From positions 1 through 54,789 of the forward strand of contig DATHYZ010000103.1 of the NCBI GenBank assembly GCA_035458865.1: a stretch of 54,789 nt of DNA, in the 5' to 3' direction. A model generated the notes under the pieces. The model made no database searches, had not been told where the DNA came from, and saw only the letters and a program-made list of their open reading frames with translations. How positions within the stretch are numbered: the stretch's first letter is position 1; each line of letters starts with the position of its first letter. This DNA is from Candidatus Limnocylindrales bacterium. Lineage in GTDB: Bacteria > Chloroflexota > Limnocylindria > Limnocylindrales > CSP1-4. A program made the position numbers and the translations under genes. Positions 37,709 to 44,860 of this stretch are shown piece by piece.

Positions 37709-38596
37709 ATGTCCGACCACGAGCCGACGACGCCGCCCGGGGTCGCCCTCCCCATCGCCTATGCCGGCGAGCCCGGCGCCTTCGCCGAGGACGCCGTCAT
37801 CGCCTACTTCGGGGACGCGCCGCGGATCGCCGTGGGCAGCTTCCGGGACGTCTTCGGGGCCGTGGCCGGTGGTCGCGCTGCCGCCGGGGTGATCCCCATC
37901 GAGAACCTCGTCAACGGGACCGTCCGCGAGAACTACGACCTCCTCCTGGAGCACGACCTGCGGATCGTCGGCGAGGTGGTGGTCCCGGTCCGGCTCTGCC
38001 TGGCCGCCCTGCCCGGGGTGGGCATCGAGTCGATCGAGCGGATCTACTCGCACGTGCAGGCCCTGGGCCAGGCGGAGGCCTTCCTCCGAACGCGTCCCTG
38101 GACCCTGCTGACCTCGTACAACACGGCCGGTGCCGGCAAGTCGATCGCCGAGCGCGACGATCGACAGGCGGCCGCGGTCCTCTCGCCGCGCGCCGCCGCG
38201 CTCTTCGGTCTCCAGGTCCTGGCGGACGGGATCCAGGCGGTCCCGGACAACCGGACCCGCTTCCTGGTCCTGGCCGAGCCGGGCGCGCCGGTGCCGGGGC
38301 CGCGGGTCGCCTCCACGACGTCCCACCGGACGACCCTGGTGCTGTCGGTGACGAACGAGCCGGGGACGCTGCTGGCGGTCCTCGGCGTCTTCGCCGAGCG
38401 CGGGATCAACCTCTCCAAGCTCGAGTCGCGGCCACGGGCCGATCGAGCCTGGGAGTACGTCTTCTGGATCGACCTCGACGTCGCGGCGACCGACCCGGCC
38501 TTCGTCGAGGCGCAGCGGGCCCTGGAGCCGGTGACGACGATGGCTCGCGTCCTGGGCTCCTACCCGCGCGCCGGCGAGCCCGGCGAGCCCGGCTAG
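37709..38596 (+). CDS. pheA: Prephenate dehydratase (PDT plus ACT domain)
   Basis: GEPGAFAEDA, IPIENLVNGTV, TRFLVLA, ESRP...WEYVFWIDL. Confidence 0.9.
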   Translation: MSDHEPTTPPGVALPIAYAGEPGAFAEDAVIAYFGDAPRIAVGSFRDVFGAVAGGRAAAGVIPIENLVNGTVRENYDLLLEHDLRIVGEVVVPVRLCLAALPGVGIESIERIYSHVQALGQAEAFLRTRPWTLLTSYNTAGAGKSIAERDDRQAAAVLSPRAAALFGLQVLADGIQAVPDNRTRFLVLAEPGAPVPGPRVASTTSHRTTLVLSVTNEPGTLLAVLGVFAERGINLSKLESRPRADRAWEYVFWIDLDVAATDPAFVEAQRALEPVTTMARVLGSYPRAGEPGEPG

Positions 38597-38609
38597 CGCG
38601 GCGCCCCGG

Positions 38610-38996
38610 TCAGATGGCGCTCGCGCAGGCCCTGCACTTCGTGGCGGCCTCGGCGTTCGCCTCCCTGCAGAACGGGCACTCCTTGGTCGGGACCGGCGGC
38701 GCCTCCTTGATGAACTGCCGGGCGACGAGGTAGACGACCAGGGCGACCACGACGAAGGCGACCAGCGAGTTGATGAACAGGCCGTAGCCGATCGCCACCT
38801 CCTCGCCGGCCGCATCGGTCCCGAGGACGATCTTGAGCTCGGCGAAGTCGACGCCCCCCAGCGCCCAGCCGATCGGCGGCATGATGATGTCGTCGACGAG
38901 CGAGGTGACGACGCCCCCGAGCGCCGTGCCGATGATGACGCCGATGGCCAGGGCCAGGGCGTTCGTCTTGGTCAGGAAGTCGCGGAACCCGCGCAT
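38610..38996 (-). CDS. mscL: Large-conductance mechanosensitive channel with a C-terminal CxxC...CxxC tail
   Basis: FRDFLTKTNALALAIGVIIGTALGGVVTSLVDDIIMPPIG is the canonical MscL TM1 region. TM2 follows, and the C-terminus ends CPFCREANAEAATKCRACASAI. Confidence 0.9.
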   Translation of the reverse strand: MRGFRDFLTKTNALALAIGVIIGTALGGVVTSLVDDIIMPPIGWALGGVDFAELKIVLGTDAAGEEVAIGYGLFINSLVAFVVVALVVYLVARQFIKEAPPVPTKECPFCREANAEAATKCRACASAI

Positions 38997-39050
38997 CGAT
39001 CCCTCCTTGAGGCCGGGCCGGCCGTCGCTCGAGCCGCAGGCTGTCCTGGG

Positions 39051-39455
39051 CTAGTGGGTGACCGCCGCCGGCAGGCCGGCGGCCTCGGATATCCACGAGC
39101 CGATCTCCACGGCGGATGGAAGCCGGCCGACCGGGTCGGTGGCGATGGCGGCGGCCTCGGCGACGGCCGCTGCCAGGTGTCCGGGATCACGCTGGGCCAG
39201 CTCGGGCGGGGAGGCGACCCCGGCGGCCCGGAGCAGCTCCGCGTACTCGGGGCCGATGCCCTCCACCCGCATCAGGTCGGCGGCGCCGACCCAGTCGAGG
39301 ATGGTCGCCTCGTCGACGTCGACGATCCGCGCCAGGGCGGCACGGCCGGATCTCGAGCCGCCCTTCTCCAGGAGGTCGGTGACCGTGAAGATGCCGCCGG
39401 CCCGGAGCCGCTCGCCGAGCGCCTCGTCCACTCCCACGATCGCCTCGACCTTCAC
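39051..39455 (-). CDS. DUF4332-like helix-hairpin-helix domain protein
   Basis: DLMRVEGIGPEYAELLRAAGVASPPELAQRDPGHL and an N-terminal HhH-like repeat. Confidence 0.55.
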   Translation of the reverse strand: MKVEAIVGVDEALGERLRAGGIFTVTDLLEKGGSRSGRAALARIVDVDEATILDWVGAADLMRVEGIGPEYAELLRAAGVASPPELAQRDPGHLAAAVAEAAAIATDPVGRLPSAVEIGSWISEAAGLPAAVTH

Positions 39456-39568
39456 GGTCGATCGCCAGACCGGGGAAGCGACGTTCCGGACATGCCGAGA
39501 TGATAGGGGGGTCCGCGAAGGGTGGCCGGGCCTCCAGCCGGCCGAAGGACCGGTCGGGGTGGGCGAGC

Positions 39569-40951
39569 CTAGGCCAGCTCTGGCGCCCGCAGCGTGGTCC
39601 GGTGGACCCAGCCGACCGCCTCGTCGGGCGTCATGACGAGGACGAAGCTTGCCTCCTGGCGGAGGACCTCCACCTCGTCGCCGCGGTCGAGCATGCCGAT
39701 CTCGTGACCCATGTACTCGTCCGGCTCGCTTGCCAGGCGGACCAGGTTGTAGCTGACGATCCGTCGGTCGGCATCGGGCTCCGGTGGCTCCCTGAACCGC
39801 AGCGGCTCACGGTAGGCGGGAATGTCGCGCTCGGACCGAGCCCGCGCTTCGCGGAGGGACTGGCGCCGCCAGCGCGGGATCAGCGCCTCCTCGAGGGGCG
39901 TGTCCGGCGGGAGCTGCGTCATCGCGAGGCCGCGACTCTCCGCGAACGAGGACGCGCCCGCGGCGGCGCCCGCTGCGTCACCGGCGACCGCGGAAGCGGT
40001 CATGGCGGATCCGCCCAGGGTGACGCCGGGGGACAGGGCCCTCAGGCCGCCCCCAGCCTCGGCCAGCGCCGGGTCGAGCGAGCGTCTTCGCCGCGTCCCC
40101 GCGACGAAGAACAGGGCGAGCGCGCCCGTCCCGGCGACCAGCGCGCCGACCGGCAGGAGGAACGTCGGGTCGGGGTCGAAGCCCGGGAGCCCCGAACCCG
40201 TGGTCGAGCGTCCGGATCCGCCACTCCCGGTCCGTCCGCCGGGGACGACCACAGCCGTGTCGCCGGGGCTCGCGGAGGGCCGGGGCGACGGATCGGGCGT
40301 CGGCGAGGCCTCGCCGGAGGGCGGGGCCGCAGACGGCGCTGCCGGCGGGACGACGGGCGCCGGGGTCGTCGAGGGCGACGGCACCGGGGTCGGGGACGGC
40401 GCCGCGGCCGCCGGCTTCGGCGTCGCCGTCGGGACTGGCGTCGGCACCGGGGTCGGCTTGGGCGTCGGCTTGGGTGTCGGCTTGGGCGTCGGCGTCGGCA
40501 CCGGGGTCGGCTTGGGCGTGGCCGTGGGGGCGGTGATCGCCACGAACCGTGGCGAGACGTCGGTCAGGGTCACCGTCACCTCGCCGTTGCCGGAGCCCGC
40601 GGTGGTCCGGAACGCGTATGCCCGGTTGCCGGCGGGCAGGGTCCTGTTGACGCTGTAGCGGACCCCGTTCTTGAAGTCGGTGTCCGTGGTCGTCAGGGCC
40701 ACGTCGCCGATGCCGCCGATCGACACGACGATGGAGGTCGGCGCGCAGCCGGCGTTGCTGGTGTAGCTCACCGCGAACGTGATCGGCGTCGTGGTCGAGC
40801 CGGTGCCCGGCGTCGCCGTGCCCGCGTCGAGCGTGACGACGTGGTTGGGGCCCTTGCAGGACGCGGCATGGGCGACCGGCGCGCTCACCTGGAGCGCGAG
40901 CGCGACGACGGTCAGCATCGCCACGGCGAGCGCGGCGCGGGCTCGAAGCAA
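39569..40951 (-). CDS. Single-pass membrane protein: signal peptide, beta-rich ectodomain, Pro/Thr/Lys linker, TM helix, cytoplasmic SH3-like C-terminus
   Basis: Signal peptide MLRARAALAVAMLTVVALALQVSAPVAHA. Linker (TPKP)n. TM helix FLLPVGALVAGTGALALFFVAG followed by RRRR. C-terminus GDEVEVLRQEASFVLVMTPDEAVGWVHRTTL. Confidence 0.65.
   Translation of the reverse strand: MLRARAALAVAMLTVVALALQVSAPVAHAASCKGPNHVVTLDAGTATPGTGSTTTPITFAVSYTSNAGCAPTSIVVSIGGIGDVALTTTDTDFKNGVRYSVNRTLPAGNRAYAFRTTAGSGNGEVTVTLTDVSPRFVAITAPTATPKPTPVPTPTPKPTPKPTPKPTPVPTPVPTATPKPAAAAPSPTPVPSPSTTPAPVVPPAAPSAAPPSGEASPTPDPSPRPSASPGDTAVVVPGGRTGSGGSGRSTTGSGLPGFDPDPTFLLPVGALVAGTGALALFFVAGTRRRRSLDPALAEAGGGLRALSPGVTLGGSAMTASAVAGDAAGAAAGASSFAESRGLAMTQLPPDTPLEEALIPRWRRQSLREARARSERDIPAYREPLRFREPPEPDADRRIVSYNLVRLASEPDEYMGHEIGMLDRGDEVEVLRQEASFVLVMTPDEAVGWVHRTTLRAPELA
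40440..40520. repeat. Imperfect 12-nt tandem repeat (TCGGCTTGGGCG)n encoding the TPKP linker of the gene above
   Basis: Three adjacent near-identical copies from 40453, plus degenerate copies on both sides. Confidence 0.7.
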
Positions 40952-41189
40952 CGGTCGGCGTCCTCGTCTGCCATGCGGACGGCGCCGAATCGCGACGTCC
41001 GGTGCCCCGATGGTCCGTCCGTGGGCACACCGCGGCCATGACCCTGAAGTACGGTCTGGGGATGACCGGGTGGCTCAGGGTGCGGTCGCGACGGATCCGT
41101 GCCGCGACCGGCCATCCGGCGATCCCCCACCGGTCCCGCGTCGCTGCTGCCGACCGTGCATCATGGGCGGCTCAGGGAGGGACCGGACC

Positions 41190-42089
41190 ATGCCGAACGC
41201 CCGCCACGAGCGCCTCCGGGACTTCATCGCCCCGTTCCGCGTCGAGCCCGGCCGGCAGGTCCGGCTGGGTCGCGACTTCGATCCTGCCTACAAGGCGGAC
41301 ATCGTCAGGAAGCAGGACGCGGCGGGGCTCCTCGAGCAGGGCGTGGAGCAGCTGAGCGAGTTCCAGGCCCGCCTCGCCGCCCAGGACACCTACGGCCTCC
41401 TCGTCGTGCTCCAGGCCATGGACGCAGCCGGCAAGGACGGGACGATCCGCCACGTCATGAGCGGCGTGAACCCGCAGGGCGTCCGGGTGAGCAGCTTCAA
41501 GGCCCCCTCTGTCGAGGAGCTGGACCACGACTACCTGTGGCGCTACGCGAAGGAGCTGCCGGCCCGCGGGATGATCGGCATCTTCAACCGGAGCCACTAC
41601 GAGGAGGTCCTCATCGTCCGGGTCCACCCGTCGATCCTGGAGGGCCAGAAGCTGCCGCCCCGGATGAAGCGCAAGGACATCTGGCAGCGCCGCTTCCGGG
41701 AGATCAACGACTGGGAGCGCTACCTCACCGACAACGGCATCCGGATCGTCAAGCTCTTCCTGAACCTCTCCTACGAGGAGCAGCGGCGCCGGTTCCTGGC
41801 CCGCATCGACGAGCCCGAGAAGAACTGGAAGTTCTCCGCCAACGACATCCGCGAGCGCGGCTACTGGGACGACTACCAGAAGGCCTTCAGCGACGTCCTC
41901 TCGAACACCAGCACCGAGTGGGCTCCGTGGCACGTGATCCCCGCCGACCGGAAGTGGTTCCTGCGCCTCGGCGCGGCGGCCGTCATCATCGAGGCGCTCA
42001 TGTCGATCGACCCGCAGTACCCGACCGTCAGCGACGAGGCCCGGGGCGACCTGCTCACCGCCCGTGACGAGCTGCTCGCCGAGGGCTGA
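41190..42089 (+). CDS. ppk2: Polyphosphate kinase 2 family (polyphosphate:nucleotide phosphotransferase)
   Basis: LLVVLQAMDAAGKDGTIRHV (P-loop), FNRSHYEEVLIVRVH, WHVIPADRKW. SD AGGGAGG upstream of ATG 41190. Confidence 0.88.
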   Translation: MPNARHERLRDFIAPFRVEPGRQVRLGRDFDPAYKADIVRKQDAAGLLEQGVEQLSEFQARLAAQDTYGLLVVLQAMDAAGKDGTIRHVMSGVNPQGVRVSSFKAPSVEELDHDYLWRYAKELPARGMIGIFNRSHYEEVLIVRVHPSILEGQKLPPRMKRKDIWQRRFREINDWERYLTDNGIRIVKLFLNLSYEEQRRRFLARIDEPEKNWKFSANDIRERGYWDDYQKAFSDVLSNTSTEWAPWHVIPADRKWFLRLGAAAVIIEALMSIDPQYPTVSDEARGDLLTARDELLAEG

Positions 42090-42178
42090 CCGCCCGTAGA
42101 ATCCGGACGCCACCACCAGGTCCCGGCGACCCTCCGGCCCCACCCGGACCGTCCCTGCCCGGACCGCCAAGGAGAACC

Positions 42179-43618
42179 ATGGCCACCGCCGTCACCCCCC
42201 ATCCCATCTACCTGGCCGGGCGCTGGGTCGACTCGCCGGACGTCCTCGAGGTCCTGAACCCGGCCGGATCCGGTGAGGTCACCGGGGCCACCTACAACGC
42301 GACCCCCGAGCAGTACGAGGAGGCCGTCCGGGCCGCCGTCGCCGCGTTCGAGGTCACCCGGAAGCTGCCGGCCTTCGAGCGGAGCCGGATCCTGAGGGCG
42401 ATCAGCGACGGCATCCGGGCCCGCCGCGAGGAGCTCGGGCGGCTCATCGCCCTCGAGGCGGGCAAGCCCATCCGCGATGCCATGGTCGAGGTGGACCGGG
42501 CGGTGTTCACCTTCCGCCTGGGCGCCGAGGAGGCCGAGCGCATCGGCGGGGAGGTCCTGCCCCTCGACCTCCTGGAGTCGTCGAAAGGGCGGACCGCGAT
42601 GACGCGGCGCTTCCCGATCGGGCCCATCGCCGCGATCAGCCCGTTCAACTTCCCGCTCAACCTGGCGGCCCACAAGGTCGCCCCGGCGATCGCCTCGGGC
42701 AACCCGATCGTCCTGAAGCCGCCGTCCAAGGACCCGCTCGTGATGCTCGCCATCGCCGAGATCATCGACGAGGTCGGCGTCCCGGAGGGGATGGTCAGCA
42801 TCCTGCCGATGACCCGCGAGCTCGGCGACCGGATGGTCGAGGATGACCGCTTCAAGCTGCTCACCTTCACCGGCAGCCCATCGGTCGGCTGGCGGATGAA
42901 GGCCCGGGCCGGGCGCAAGAAGGTCGTCCTCGAGCTGGGCGGCAACGCCGGCGTCGTCGTCGACCGGACGGCAGACCTCGACTGGGCGGTCAAGCGGATC
43001 CTGGTGGGAGCGTTCACCTACGCCGGCCAGGTCTGCATCAGCGTCCAGCGGATGTACGTCCACGAGGACGTCTGGCAGCCGTTCATGGAGCGGTTCGTGG
43101 CCGGGTCGGCGACCCTCAAGGTGGGCGACCCGCTCGATGCCGACACCGATCTCGGGCCGATGGTCGACGCCAATGCCGCGCTCCGGACGCAGCGCTGGGT
43201 GGACGAGGCCGTCGAGCTCGGCGGCAAGCTCGTCCTGGGCGGCAAGGCCGACGGCAACTTCTTCCCGCCGACGATCCTGACCGACACGCCGGTGACCGCC
43301 CAGGTCTGCTCGAACGAGGCCTTCGCCCCGCTCGTCGTCGTCTCCCGGTTCCGTTCCTTCGACGACGCGATCCACCAGATCAACGACTCGGCGTTCGGCC
43401 TCCAGACGGGCGTCTTCACCAACGACCTGCGCAACGCCTGGACCGCCTTCGAGGAGCTGGAGGTCGGCGGCGTCGTCCTCAACGACATCCCGACCTACCG
43501 GATCGACCACATGCCCTACGGCGGCATCAAGGACTCGGGCCATGGTCGCGAGGGGCTCCGCTACGCGATCGACGACATGACGGAGATCAAGATCCTCGTC
43601 TTCGCCTGGCCGCAGTAG
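42179..43618 (+). CDS. NAD(P)-dependent aldehyde dehydrogenase
   Basis: ELGGNAGVVV (catalytic Glu), AGQVCISVQR (catalytic Cys), GGIKDSGHGREG. SD AAGGAG upstream. Confidence 0.88.
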   Translation: MATAVTPHPIYLAGRWVDSPDVLEVLNPAGSGEVTGATYNATPEQYEEAVRAAVAAFEVTRKLPAFERSRILRAISDGIRARREELGRLIALEAGKPIRDAMVEVDRAVFTFRLGAEEAERIGGEVLPLDLLESSKGRTAMTRRFPIGPIAAISPFNFPLNLAAHKVAPAIASGNPIVLKPPSKDPLVMLAIAEIIDEVGVPEGMVSILPMTRELGDRMVEDDRFKLLTFTGSPSVGWRMKARAGRKKVVLELGGNAGVVVDRTADLDWAVKRILVGAFTYAGQVCISVQRMYVHEDVWQPFMERFVAGSATLKVGDPLDADTDLGPMVDANAALRTQRWVDEAVELGGKLVLGGKADGNFFPPTILTDTPVTAQVCSNEAFAPLVVVSRFRSFDDAIHQINDSAFGLQTGVFTNDLRNAWTAFEELEVGGVVLNDIPTYRIDHMPYGGIKDSGHGREGLRYAIDDMTEIKILVFAWPQ

Positions 43619-43665
43619 GGGCGCGCGATCCCGGGCCTGGGCCGGCGGTAGGGTCGCGTGGGTCC

Positions 43666-43700
43666 GGCGCGGGTCCAGCCGCTCTGGCGCGGGTCCAGCC
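43666..43700. repeat. Direct repeat GGCGCGGGTCCAGCC x2 (20-nt period)
   Basis: Two identical 15-mers at 43666-43680 and 43686-43700. Confidence 0.8.
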
Positions 43701-43703
43701 GGA

Positions 43704-43783
43704 CGAATCCTGGGCGCTACCAGCGTGGCTGGTGCTATCCAGGGCGAATCCGCTCGCTACCAGCGTGGCTGGTGCTATCCAGG
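43704..43783. repeat. 40/41-bp tandem repeat x2, each copy containing the hairpin ACCAGC-GTG-GCTGGT
   Basis: An identical 29-mer CGCTACCAGCGTGGCTGGTGCTATCCAGG occurs at 43715-43743 and 43755-43783, each preceded by CGAATCC. Confidence 0.85.
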
Positions 43784-44527
43784 ATCCGTCCGGGAATCTG
43801 AGCGTGGGCGGCGGACGCGTTGCCGGCGCGAGAGGGCGGACCGCGGCATAGCACCAGCGGCACTGGTAGGAGCCAGGAACCAGATCCCGCGGAGCGCGTG
43901 GTCCGGGTGGCGGATCCAGCGGCGGACGGCCACGGTCCGAGCCGGGAAGGCCGACTCGAACACGGCGCCGTGCCGCCGCACCACCGCGTAGGCCGTCGCA
44001 TCGCCGGGCAGGACCACGACCGCCCCGACCACCCGGGGTCGCCAGGATCGCTCGTCGGGGAGGAGCCTCGTGGCGAGTCGGACCTTGCGGTCCACCCCGG
44101 CGATCAGCGCCCCGACGTCGACGATCCGCGACTTCACCTCGATGACGAGCAACGCCCGCTCAGCGCCCCGCCAGCCGAGCGCGTCGACGGCGCCGCGCTC
44201 GCCATAGTGGCTGAAGGTCCACTCGGTGAGCGTCTCCCAGCCGGCCACCCGGAGCGTCGTCAGGGCAGCGTCGACGAGCGCTGCGTGGTCGGCGTCCAGC
44301 AGCCTCGGTAGCTCTGGCCCGCGCCACTGCGGCGCGAGGTCGATGCCAGTGTCCAGCGCAGCCGCGACCCGTCGAAGCGTGGCCAGGTCGACCTCATCGA
44401 GACGACCGAGCTCGATGACTGAGACGGTCTGCTGGCTCACCCCAGCGCGTTCGGCGACGTCGGCCTGGCGCCAGCCGCGTCGGCGACGGAGGGCGCGCAG
44501 GACCTGCCCGATGCGTCGGTCATCCAC
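43775..44527 (-). CDS. XRE-family HTH domain fused to a PD-(D/E)xK (YraN/NERD-like) nuclease-fold domain
   Basis: N-terminus IGQVLRALRRRRGWRQADVAERAGVSQQTVSVIELG. Central GERGAVDALGW...ALLVIEVKSRI matches the D...E-x-K pattern. GTG start. The last ~35 codons are Arg/Ser-rich and overlap the repeat cluster. Confidence 0.65.
   Translation of the reverse strand: MDDRRIGQVLRALRRRRGWRQADVAERAGVSQQTVSVIELGRLDEVDLATLRRVAAALDTGIDLAPQWRGPELPRLLDADHAALVDAALTTLRVAGWETLTEWTFSHYGERGAVDALGWRGAERALLVIEVKSRIVDVGALIAGVDRKVRLATRLLPDERSWRPRVVGAVVVLPGDATAYAVVRRHGAVFESAFPARTVAVRRWIRHPDHALRGIWFLAPTSAAGAMPRSALSRRQRVRRPRSDSRTDPG
43848..43869. repeat. Inverted, diverged third copy of the repeat core (ATAGCACCAGCGGCACTGGTAG)
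   Basis: Its reverse complement matches CTACCAGCGTGGCTGGTGCTAT at 18 of 22 positions. The differences fall in and beside the hairpin loop. Confidence 0.7.
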
Positions 44528-44786
44528 GCGGGGATGGTGGCGACGGGCGCTCTACAGTCGCTCGGCCGACGCTTCGCCGTCGCTTGACCGACGCTCCACG
44601 GGCACTCGACCGCGTGGCGGATGCCGAGGCCGTCGGACGGAGGCTTGGCGCCCGCCCCTGACGCTGGTCCCCGCCCGCGCCCCCGGCTCCTCCTGTCCCC
44701 GCCCGACCGCAGCACCCTGCCTTGATGGCTCGGTGATTCGGGCCGAGCGGCACTAGGGCGAGCGCCGGGCCGCCCCGTACAGGTGA

Positions 44787-44830
44787 GGGTGGGTCTTCGG
44801 ACCCACCCGAGCCGGCGGAGGCACCGCCGG
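44787..44830 (+). promoter_or_regulatory. Two tandem GC-rich hairpins in the leader of the Mo-oxidoreductase gene
   Basis: GGGTGGGTC-TTCG-GACCCACCC (44787-44808; 9-bp stem with a UUCG loop) and CCGGCGG-AGGCA-CCGCCGG (44812-44830). They lie just upstream of the SD GGAGG (44845-44849). Confidence 0.45.
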
Positions 44831-44860
44831 ACGCAGTCGCACGCGGAGGCCCGGCGTCTC

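Noticed and set aside
43715-43783. Possible CRISPR array (identical 29-bp repeats)
   Set aside because: There are only two direct copies, separated by an 11-nt 'spacer'. The third copy is inverted and diverged. No cas genes are present. This fits a REP/MITE-like or operator repeat better.
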